A stretch of DNA of 46,417 nt from a virus (Duplodnaviria > Caudoviricetes). The stretch spans positions 1 through 46,417 of the IMG/VR virus record IMGVR_UViG_3300030372_002865. One strand, written 5' to 3'. The first letter of the stretch is position 1; every line of letters starts with the position of its first letter. The notes under the pieces are model-generated. The model searched no databases, had not been told where the DNA came from, and was given only the letters and a program-made list of their open reading frames with translations. Shown here in pieces: positions 9,480-15,981 of the stretch. Made by a program: the position numbers and the translations under genes.

Positions 9480-9902
9480 TTAAGCAGCAGCTCCGCTGGC
9501 TACCTCCTTTTCCTGTTCGTTACGAATGCTAGCTGCAAGCTCTCTCTCCAGCAGATCCCAAATTTTCTTTTTAAAATCTTCAGCTGAAATTTTTTTGGCA
9601 TTGGTATGTAAACCTATAAACTTTTCTACAGTAGAAAGGTTAATACAGGATACCAGAGCTCCGTTTATTTCTTGTTGGCAGAAAAAACTTTTACTAGCCA
9701 TTTCATATAGCCTGAGACAACCATAAAAACGAAAGTAGTTTAATGGAGTAATCTCGTTTATTCCAAGAGCCATTGTTGCCTCTATCAATCCGCGGAGTTC
9801 AGGCACAATTTCGTATTCTCCTGTAGGAAGGCTGCTAGTGTTTTTCTGAAAACAAATATTTTTCCAATTATGGATTCTACCAAAGTCACGATTTAAAGAC
9901 AT
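9480..9902 (-). CDS. Hypothetical early protein
   Basis: Probable start MSLNRDF at 9902 (GGAAGGA RBS), overlapping the upstream stop. Confidence 0.7.
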   Translation of the reverse strand: MSLNRDFGRIHNWKNICFQKNTSSLPTGEYEIVPELRGLIEATMALGINEITPLNYFRFYGCLRLYEMASKSFFCQQEINGALVSCINLSTVEKFIGLHTNAKKISAEDFKKKIWDLLERELAASIRNEQEKEVASGAAA

Positions 9903-10471
9903 GTTACTTCCTTCCACCCAAACGCTTCACAAAGAAAAGTTTTATCATTCAGGACAACCGCATCTCCCACATTAGTAGATCTTCTCAAACGATCAGAAGT
10001 TAATGTCTTAACTTCCTCGTTGAGCCACCAGCCTTCATCAATGGAATTCGTTAGTTTGAATGCCCTAGCCAAGTTATCTTCCTGACTAAGCTCTGTGTCT
10101 ATAGCTATTGCAGCTACATCGACGAACTCGGTTGAACTCTCCAAAGCTTCACGAGACCTATAAATGTTTTTATGTTTAACAATCATATTTAAAACTTCTT
10201 TTGTCTCTGGAGCGTCTTTTTTAAAACGATCAATACTCCAAGAAATAATTTTGCTAAACCCTAGGTTATCTTGATGATCCCATTTTCCAAGGTCATAACC
10301 AGATTCTTTTAGACCGTGAACGAATTGACCAGCATCGCCAAGGCACTCGCAGCTAACGGCTATGCCTTTATGAAAAGATCGTCCATTGTATTTACCATAG
10401 TATCGCATGTCGTATTCTTCAGCGTACCTTTCTACTTCGTCTTTAAATTCTTCTATGGTTGGTGTTATCAT
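9893..10471 (-). CDS. Hypothetical protein with C-terminal YodL-like motif
   Basis: 192 aa with AF..TN..RSTNVGDAV. GGAAAATAAA leader. Confidence 0.65.
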   Translation of the reverse strand: MITPTIEEFKDEVERYAEEYDMRYYGKYNGRSFHKGIAVSCECLGDAGQFVHGLKESGYDLGKWDHQDNLGFSKIISWSIDRFKKDAPETKEVLNMIVKHKNIYRSREALESSTEFVDVAAIAIDTELSQEDNLARAFKLTNSIDEGWWLNEEVKTLTSDRLRRSTNVGDAVVLNDKTFLCEAFGWKEVTCL

Positions 10472-10493
10472 TTTATTTTCCTTTCTAAATAAT

Positions 10494-10558
10494 AAAGGCC
10501 AGCAAAATGCTGACCCTTAATTTTTAAACTAGTTATCTTATATTGTAAATAACTTTAT
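10494..10558 (-). promoter_or_regulatory. Duplicated promoter-hairpin cassette, copy 2
   Basis: TTTACA-N17-TAAAAA then GGTCAGCA/TGCTGGCC hairpin. Confidence 0.75.
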
Positions 10559-10644
10559 TTTCTCCTGTTTCTATCTGTTAACTGTTGTAACCTTTTATAA
10601 TCTTTTCCATAAATTATTTTAGCTAGAATTCTAAACAAAAACAT
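10555..10644 (-). CDS. 29-aa amphipathic basic peptide (not in ORF track)
   Basis: MFLFRILAKIIYGKDYKRLQQLTDRNRRK with a strong AGGAGGTG RBS. It fills the gap exactly. Confidence 0.6.
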   Translation of the reverse strand: MFLFRILAKIIYGKDYKRLQQLTDRNRRK

Positions 10645-10648
10645 TTGC

Positions 10649-11068
10649 TCACCTCCTTTCTATTGAAAAAATATGAGGCATAAATCCATACACAGTATTG
10701 CCTTCGCGGACAGGCTGCAAACGCTCGCCTTTAGTAAGGTTGACTATAAGGATCATCTCTCCTTTAGAATTATGCTTGAACGTCAGCCCAATTCTGTGCC
10801 CAGCTTTAGCTTTGTGGTTTATGCCTTTGATGCTGATACGTCTATCTGAACGTTTTTGAGTTCGATAGAAGCTGATTTGAGATTCCGTACCATCGAAAAA
10901 TTCTGCTTTGACTATAACTTTATCACCAGCCTTCATCTCGTCATAATCAGCCCCAAATAATTTACTAAAATTTCTAATACTGACGTTGGCATCAATCGTA
11001 GATTTTTCCAGCATAGTTTTTGTTAAATTTAAAAACGCTGGCTCGTGGTTCTGTAGATCAACTATCAT
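10649..11068 (-). CDS. Hypothetical protein, possible B3/EcoRII-N-like DNA-binding domain
   Basis: LTKTMLEKSTIDA..IR and ISFYR..KRSDRRI recall N-terminal domains of MvaI/BcnI-type restriction proteins (inference). Confidence 0.55.
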   Translation of the reverse strand: MIVDLQNHEPAFLNLTKTMLEKSTIDANVSIRNFSKLFGADYDEMKAGDKVIVKAEFFDGTESQISFYRTQKRSDRRISIKGINHKAKAGHRIGLTFKHNSKGEMILIVNLTKGERLQPVREGNTVYGFMPHIFSIERR

Positions 11069-11276
11069 TGTTTATCTCCTTTTCTAGCTCCCAAACATCT
11101 ACTATTTTTTCATTTTCATAACCATAATCCAAACCATTACCTGTCATTTTTTCGCGTACTAGGCTTGATTCATAAGTACCTTCATTGACTAAGTCTTCAG
11201 CAGCTTTTTTTGAGGGTGCTTTAAGTATTATTTCAGAATATCCAATCCATTTTGTTTTAACTTTAAACTTCTTCAT
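11058..11276 (-). CDS. DpnD/PcfM-like small protein
   Basis: Start MKKFKV at 11276 after GAGGAGGAG. Motif KFKV..IILKAPSKKAAEDLV. Confidence 0.65.
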   Translation of the reverse strand: MKKFKVKTKWIGYSEIILKAPSKKAAEDLVNEGTYESSLVREKMTGNGLDYGYENEKIVDVWELEKEINNDS

Positions 11277-11571
11277 TTTCCTCCTCCTCTTTCTTAATTT
11301 GTTCGTTTCCATTATTAATCATTTCTCTAACTGTATTTTCACCAAAAGGTTTATACGCAAGTATGTCTTTTATGCCTGTCGCGTCTTTTTCTAAAGGATT
11401 TTCCTCCTCCTCTTTTTTGAGTAGTTCCAGCACAGTATCTAGGGCATTGATAACCTCATGGTGAGCGGTATGCGTAGCCAGCTCGTGCCAGCCGTCGCTA
11501 CAGTTAAGGTAGTCTTCCCATTGTGTTGTTTTAAGTTCTTCTAATTTATCCTTAACGTACTGTAGGGTCAT
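11263..11571 (-). CDS. Hypothetical acidic protein
   Basis: 102-aa ORF overlapping its neighbours in the operon. Confidence 0.7.
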   Translation of the reverse strand: MTLQYVKDKLEELKTTQWEDYLNCSDGWHELATHTAHHEVINALDTVLELLKKEEEENPLEKDATGIKDILAYKPFGENTVREMINNGNEQIKKEEEENEEV

Positions 11572-12142
11572 CTTCTGCCTCCTTTTTACAAAGAAAGGTC
11601 ATCTCGCATTGTGCTTCATTTTCAGCAGCACCAATGCACCTAGCCAAGGTATCAAGGCCAAACTCCTCTGCCTCGTAGTACAGGGCGGTAAGCTGGTCCT
11701 CAATTTTTTTAAGTTTTTCTTTAGTTGTTTCTTTATTTTCTTCTTCAGAAAGCTCACGAACATTTTCCAAGGTCCAATCGTGACCATCGTCTGTTTGCTC
11801 CCAATCTACTTCAACCTTTTGGGAATATGCAGTATCGTCATAAGCCATATCTAGCGTATCGCCTTTAGCTATCTTCCAAGCTTCTTCTTCGTTAGGGGCT
11901 AAGATGATTGCAGCATACCCAACGTCTTTTGTTGCCGTTACTTTAAATTTTTTATTCTCCCCTATTAGTGTATAATACGGCTCACCTTCTATCCATTCGT
12001 TCCAACCTTCTAGGAAATCTTTGCTATTATATTTTTTCCAATCGGAACTCCTATCGCGGTTAATCTCTTCAAGCATTCGATCAATGGTCCAAACATCGGT
12101 TTCACCATTAGACAAATCTTTTATTACAAAAGTTCTATTCAT
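11552..12142 (-). CDS. Hypothetical acidic protein with internal DpnD/PcfM-like segment
   Basis: 196 aa with KKFKVTA..IILAPNEEEAWKIA. CTACGGAGAAAATAA leader. Confidence 0.75.
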   Translation of the reverse strand: MNRTFVIKDLSNGETDVWTIDRMLEEINRDRSSDWKKYNSKDFLEGWNEWIEGEPYYTLIGENKKFKVTATKDVGYAAIILAPNEEEAWKIAKGDTLDMAYDDTAYSQKVEVDWEQTDDGHDWTLENVRELSEEENKETTKEKLKKIEDQLTALYYEAEEFGLDTLARCIGAAENEAQCEMTFLCKKEAEDDPTVR

Positions 12143-12177
12143 TTATTTTCTCCGTAGTTAAAATTTAAGATTCTTAT

Positions 12178-12206
12178 AATCTATAGTAATATATATAACT
12201 TTACAA
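12178..12206 (-). promoter_or_regulatory. Sigma70-type promoter of the early operon
   Basis: TTGTAA-N17-TAGATT upstream of the ATG at 12142. Confidence 0.55.
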
Positions 12207-12216
12207 GACCCTACTT

Positions 12217-12470
12217 AAAAACACCATTTCTGTATATATAGAGCAAAAAATAAAAAAAATAATTTAACTAAATCTAGGTGTAACCAACGTAACCCTGTAA
12301 CTTTTCATTTAACTCTTTATATTATAAGACTTTTTCAGTTACATTTTTAGTTACACTTTAAAATACAAATATGTAACCATACCCTTAATGTCCAAAATTG
12401 CCTTAAAGGGGGGTAAAAAGTTTTTTTAAAAAAAATAATTTCTGGCTATATAAGTAGAAATGTGTTTTTT
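12217..12470. repeat. Origin/pac-like element A
   Basis: GTAAC x3, AT-rich core, GTTAC x2, then GTAAC. Flanked by imperfect inverted arms AAAAACACCATTTCTGTATATA / TATATAAGTAGAAATGTGTTTTT. Confidence 0.6.
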
Positions 12471-12505
12471 AATAGTACTATCTGAAATTAACGTGAGAAT
12501 ATTTA

Positions 12506-13087
12506 ATGACTGAAAACTTACCAAAAAAGCGAGGACGTAAAAAGAAAACTGCTGCTACACCTCTGAACCGCAGACAAGAACTTTTTGTCAAAGAGCTTGT
12601 GACCAAAGACGGACAAATCACGATGCGAGAGGCTGCAATAAATGCTGGCTATCCAACCGCTTCGGCTCATACCAGAGCATATGAACTGACTAACCCACAC
12701 ATAAATCCGCATGTAGTATCCAAGATCCGTGAATATCGACGCGAGTTAGATGAAAAGTTTGGAGTGGACTACAAACGTCATATCCGAGACCTTCAGGTAA
12801 TCCGAGATAGAGCCTTGGAAGAGGGTGCATTCTCAGCTGCCGTGCAAGCGGAAAAAGCAAGAGGTTTGGCACAGGGAGACATTTACATTAATAAATCGGA
12901 AGTTCGCCACGGATCTATAGACAGTATGTCGAAAGATGAGGTTCTGAAAGCTTTAAAAGAACTGAAAGGAATAGATGAACATGTCACAATCGACATTACT
13001 CCCACGCATAATACCAGCGACGGCAAAAAAGCGAGAAAGCGCCTTGTGGAGCGAATTTCGGACGCAAGCAAAGAAGCTACGGCCTGA
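12506..13087 (+). CDS. terS: Terminase small subunit
   Basis: LNRRQELFVKE..EAAINAGY..A..RAYEL..P HTH pattern typical of Terminase_2-like TerS. Confidence 0.8.
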   Translation: MTENLPKKRGRKKKTAATPLNRRQELFVKELVTKDGQITMREAAINAGYPTASAHTRAYELTNPHINPHVVSKIREYRRELDEKFGVDYKRHIRDLQVIRDRALEEGAFSAAVQAEKARGLAQGDIYINKSEVRHGSIDSMSKDEVLKALKELKGIDEHVTIDITPTHNTSDGKKARKRLVERISDASKEATA

Positions 13088-13433
13088 GTGGATTTTAACC
13101 AGAATAGAGACAAGACTAACTCCAGGAATTCCAGATGTACTGATGTGCGATGAGAAGGGCACGTTTCATTTTATTGAATTAAAATACACGACGTCGCATG
13201 TTGTGGATTTGAGACCTCATCAGGTGGCGTGGCTCACAAGGCATGCCCATAGTAATTCTTGGATATTAGTTCGTCAGGGAGACAGAAGGGGGAAGGGGGA
13301 TAGAAAGACGTATTTGTATCCAGCTGCTGAAGCTATGGATCTGAGGATGGGGGGCCTTGCTCGTACACCTTTGTTTCAATGCGATAAAGAAGTACCGTGG
13401 GCCGCGATCTTTGATGTAATGTCTGTGAAATAA
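12975..13433 (+). CDS. VRR-NUC / PD-(D/E)XK nuclease (putative Holliday junction resolvase)
   Basis: RIE..PGIPDV..FIELK..LRPHQVAW. Confidence 0.85.
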   Translation: MNMSQSTLLPRIIPATAKKRESALWSEFRTQAKKLRPEWILTRIETRLTPGIPDVLMCDEKGTFHFIELKYTTSHVVDLRPHQVAWLTRHAHSNSWILVRQGDRRGKGDRKTYLYPAAEAMDLRMGGLARTPLFQCDKEVPWAAIFDVMSVK

Positions 13434-13435
13434 AA

Positions 13436-13455
13436 AGGGCGGTTTTGAACCGCCC
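13436..13455. terminator. Hairpin between convergent genes
   Basis: GGGCGGTT-TTG-AACCGCCC, with an adjacent tract that reads as T on the minus strand. Confidence 0.65.
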
Positions 13456-13462
13456 CTAAAAA

Positions 13463-13729
13463 TTATTTCTTTTTGATTTTTTTAGAAACGTCATCGTCTG
13501 ATTTAAAGAATTGCATGAATCTTTCTGTAATAACATCGCCATTACAGCGCTCGCAAGCTCTTCCTTTGCCAAAATCTTCAAAGGGCATGGGATTATTTCC
13601 ATATCCGTGATTATTTTTGCTGCCACAAAGCACACAATCGTAACGAGGAATACCATCAACAACCTTTATTCCGGGTAAGCCTGTTACGGGACAAATTTCT
13701 ATGCCTAATTCATTTTTTTCTTTTTTCAT
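13463..13729 (-). CDS. Small Cys-rich (Zn-finger-like) protein
   Basis: CVLC..GYGNNPMP..CERCN. GGAAAATAA leader and its own promoter. Confidence 0.7.
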   Translation of the reverse strand: MKKEKNELGIEICPVTGLPGIKVVDGIPRYDCVLCGSKNNHGYGNNPMPFEDFGKGRACERCNGDVITERFMQFFKSDDDVSKKIKKK

Positions 13730-13760
13730 TTATTTTCCTTTCTATAAATTCCTGGAATCA

Positions 13761-13789
13761 GGTATAGAAGTTTATTTGCATAGTGTCAA
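13761..13789 (-). promoter_or_regulatory. Sigma70-type promoter
   Basis: TTGACA-N17-TATACC. Confidence 0.7.
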
Positions 13790-13794
13790 TAATT

Positions 13795-14049
13795 TTATTT
13801 CTGGGGCTCTACCAGCTGCGGTGGCTCGCGGTCCTTGGGCAACGGCCTGTGGTTCGTGGGCCGTGAGGCTGGAAGCGGTAACGTATCTTTAAACTTATAC
13901 ATCTTATAACAGTAAGCATCGGTCCATAACAACGGATCAACCTTACGCATATAATGAATACATTTCTCTCTATCGCGGAAAGTAACGTAAGAGAGCCCAA
14001 TTTCTGGATTAAGTATTAACGTTATATAAACTGTATACTCAAACATCAT
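13795..14049 (-). CDS. Hypothetical protein
   Basis: 84-aa ORF in a chain of overlapping small genes. Confidence 0.55.
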   Translation of the reverse strand: MMFEYTVYITLILNPEIGLSYVTFRDREKCIHYMRKVDPLLWTDAYCYKMYKFKDTLPLPASRPTNHRPLPKDREPPQLVEPQK

Positions 14050-14209
14050 CTTTGCCGTCGGTGGCTACATAGTAGTCGGCACTTTCTCGAATGCGTTGAT
14101 CCAAGGGTATGGCGTCCTGTGGTTCGAGAAGTTGTTTTTTTTCTAGCTCGGCTATACGCTCTTTTAGTTTTTTATTTTCTGCCTCAAGTTTTCTTATTTC
14201 GCTTTTCAT
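14039..14209 (-). CDS. 56-aa coiled-coil protein (not in ORF track)
   Basis: MKSEIRKLEAENKKLKERIAELEKK... with AAGGAG RBS. Confidence 0.65.
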   Translation of the reverse strand: MKSEIRKLEAENKKLKERIAELEKKQLLEPQDAIPLDQRIRESADYYVATDGKDDV

Positions 14210-14369
14210 TTAAATACTCCTTTTTCGGATTACCTATATTTTTGCCACATTTGTAACACTCGAAAGTATTCCAGAACATATGACTAAGAACGTGCATAGT
14301 CTGGCAATGGGGGCATTGAAACCCGTACAATTTTTGATGTTCAAAGCGAGGTTTCACGACTGTACTCAT
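14184..14369 (-). CDS. Small Zn-ribbon protein
   Basis: CPHC..CYKC. Confidence 0.65.
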   Translation of the reverse strand: MSTVVKPRFEHQKLYGFQCPHCQTMHVLSHMFWNTFECYKCGKNIGNPKKEYLNEKRNKKT

Positions 14370-14508
14370 CTTCTCTGTATCTCCTGTAACATTCGCGACA
14401 AAGGTAGATCGTCGCTTTAGGTTGGGCTGGCGTACCTACAGGTACAATCTCCTGATCTGTGTAAAACTCGTAGCCACAATCGTGACACAAATCCCACGGA
14501 TCAGGCAT
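14341..14508 (-). CDS. 55-aa Zn-finger protein (not in ORF track)
   Basis: MPDPWDLCHDCG..YLCRECY, overlapping neighbours on both sides. Confidence 0.6.
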   Translation of the reverse strand: MPDPWDLCHDCGYEFYTDQEIVPVGTPAQPKATIYLCRECYRRYREDEYSRETSL

Positions 14509-14605
14509 TTTTTAAAATCTTTCTAATCTTTGCTGCCTTTTTTGTGGAAATATACCGCAGATCGGCTAGAATCCTCTGAATAGCAAGTTTTTCTGAACTA
14601 CTCAT
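14501..14605 (-). CDS. 34-aa basic peptide
   Basis: MSSSEKLAIQRILADLRY... The internal start fits the overlap chain. Confidence 0.45.
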   Translation of the reverse strand: MSSSEKLAIQRILADLRYISTKKAAKIRKILKNA

Positions 14606-14828
14606 CTTCTTCAAACTCCTTTTTAGCCTCATCAAGTTTATCCAGATAAATCTGATGCTCTTTTTCAGTAAGGTTTTGTATAACAATTTTATACAAATCA
14701 TCGCCGTTTTCATAAACTTCCACAGACTTTCGGTAAGTATGGTCTCCCATATGGCCTAGCCAGCTGTGTTCCATTTGCCAATGCCATGGGCCAGAACAAT
14801 TTGTCATATCCACTCCAATCCTTCCCAA
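14598..14828 (-). CDS. Hypothetical protein
   Basis: 76-aa ORF. The true start may be the internal Met near 14807. Confidence 0.6.
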   Translation of the reverse strand: MGRIGVDMTNCSGPWHWQMEHSWLGHMGDHTYRKSVEVYENGDDLYKIVIQNLTEKEHQIYLDKLDEAKKEFEEDE

Positions 14829-15001
14829 CTCAATTCATCACACAAAGAGTTGTACGCACAATCCTGATAGTAGTCTAAGTCGGTAGTGTAAAAGTCAGGC
14901 TTACACTCTTTGTCCTCTTCTTGCATATCTAGTGCCCATGAATTACACGCATGCTCAAAGCTATGCTCATGGTTTAATGGTAGTTCATTTTTAAATATCA
15001 T
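14804..15001 (-). CDS. Hypothetical acidic protein
   Basis: Start MIFKNELP at 15001 after GGAGAAAATAAA. The longer track ORF would cross a terminator. Confidence 0.65.
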   Translation of the reverse strand: MIFKNELPLNHEHSFEHACNSWALDMQEEDKECKPDFYTTDLDYYQDCAYNSLCDELSWEGLEWI

Positions 15002-15013
15002 TTTATTTTCTCC

Positions 15014-15040
15014 AAAAAAAGGGGGCCAGAGAGAGCCCCC
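15014..15040 (-). terminator. Intrinsic terminator
   Basis: GGGGGC..GCCCCC stem followed by T7. Confidence 0.65.
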
Positions 15041-15053
15041 AAGTTTGCACCAA

Positions 15054-15368
15054 TTATATGAGTGCGTCAGATTTCCACTTTTTTGCAAAAGTCTCTCTAT
15101 CGCACTCGTGAACATACTTTTTCACAGTATTTGTATCCGGGTGGTCAGGTAAAACCGAATCACCGCAGAAGTCATTGTCTACACGACAAAAATCAAACAA
15201 ATCGCCTAACTTCCTCGTAACTTTTTTTGCCGTTCTTACATCCTCAGCAGAAGGTTCGCTACCAGCAAACCTTAAAAGAATGTTGTACGCTTGTAATATT
15301 AACGCTAACTCGTCACGATTTAAAGTAACGGATTTAATCATTTCGATTTTTTGTTTTTGAATTTCCAT
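15054..15368 (-). CDS. Hypothetical protein
   Basis: 104-aa ORF with upstream promoter and downstream terminator. Confidence 0.65.
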   Translation of the reverse strand: MEIQKQKIEMIKSVTLNRDELALILQAYNILLRFAGSEPSAEDVRTAKKVTRKLGDLFDFCRVDNDFCGDSVLPDHPDTNTVKKYVHECDRETFAKKWKSDALI

Positions 15369-15408
15369 TATATTTTTTTCCCTTTTAAATTATATAAAGA
15401 TATCTAAC

Positions 15409-15437
15409 TATATAAGAGCTGCCTAAAAAAATGTCAA
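15409..15437 (-). promoter_or_regulatory. Sigma70-type promoter
   Basis: TTGACA-N17-TATATA. Confidence 0.7.
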
Positions 15438-15457
15438 TAAAAATATTTAATTTAGTT

Positions 15458-15550
15458 CTTGTCACACCTGTCACACCTTAAAACTAACTTTTTATATATA
15501 AAAAAAATCATATAATAAAAGTTATAAATCACCTGTGACACTTGTGACAG
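15458..15550. repeat. Origin-like element B
   Basis: TGTCACACC x2, ~55-bp AT-rich core, then inverted TGTGACA x2. Confidence 0.65.
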
Positions 15551-15552
15551 AA

Positions 15553-15675
15553 ATAAAAAACCCCCAGACCTACGGAAATCTGGGGGTTTAAGGCTCAATG
15601 TCCACAGGCAAGAAGACAAGAGCCCTTTGGGAAACTAGATTTCAACTGGAAAATAAATAAAAAAATTGAAATCTA
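15553..15675 (-). ncRNA. Predicted three-hairpin antisense small RNA
   Basis: Promoter TTGATA-N17-TATCTA (15710-15682) places the start at the base of a perfect 10-bp stem. Three consecutive hairpins follow, the last a terminator with a T-tract. G-U pairs favour the minus strand. Confidence 0.6.
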
Positions 15676-15706
15676 AATACTTAGATAAGCGATTATATAA
15701 GATATA

Positions 15707-15865
15707 TCAAGCTTTATTTTGTAATTTTAATAAATTTTTTTTATATTCTTGAAAAATTACTCTTAACTGGCCGGAAATAGTTCTTCCTTCCTGACTAGAA
15801 AGCGATTTTATCTGTTCGTACACTTCACGAGGTACTAAAACACTCTTCCATTTCTTTGTATCCAT
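15707..15865 (-). CDS. Ribbon-helix-helix (CopG/Arc-like) DNA-binding protein, 52 aa (not in ORF track)
   Basis: MDTKKWKSVLVPREVYEQIKSLSSQEGRTISGQLRVIFQEY... fits a strand-helix-GRT-helix pattern. AAGGAG RBS and its own promoter. Confidence 0.75.
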   Translation of the reverse strand: MDTKKWKSVLVPREVYEQIKSLSSQEGRTISGQLRVIFQEYKKNLLKLQNKA

Positions 15866-15888
15866 GCGACAACTCCTTATTTTGTGGG

Positions 15889-15917
15889 ATGTTATAGGAC
15901 TAGATACAACAAGTCAA
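15889..15917 (-). promoter_or_regulatory. Sigma70-type promoter of the RHH gene
   Basis: TTGACT-N17-TAACAT. Confidence 0.7.
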
Positions 15918-15919
15918 AT

Positions 15920-15945
15920 AAAAAAAGACCCCGCAAAGCGGGGCC
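15920..15945 (-). terminator. Terminator of the replication operon
   Basis: GGCCCCGC-TTT-GCGGGGTC followed by T7 after polA. Confidence 0.8.
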
Positions 15946-15981
15946 AGTTTCAGGGAGGTTAAAATATGGAAACCCGTCAGC

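Noticed and set aside
9412-10558. Direct repeats read as a CRISPR array or att/IS ends
   Set aside because: Only two copies, 1 kb apart, containing promoter boxes. No cas, integrase or transposase genes.
13020-13035. A AAA AAG slippery site fusing terS to the nuclease
   Set aside because: The heptamer is in the nuclease frame. A terS-to-nuclease fusion would need +1, not the canonical -1 shift.
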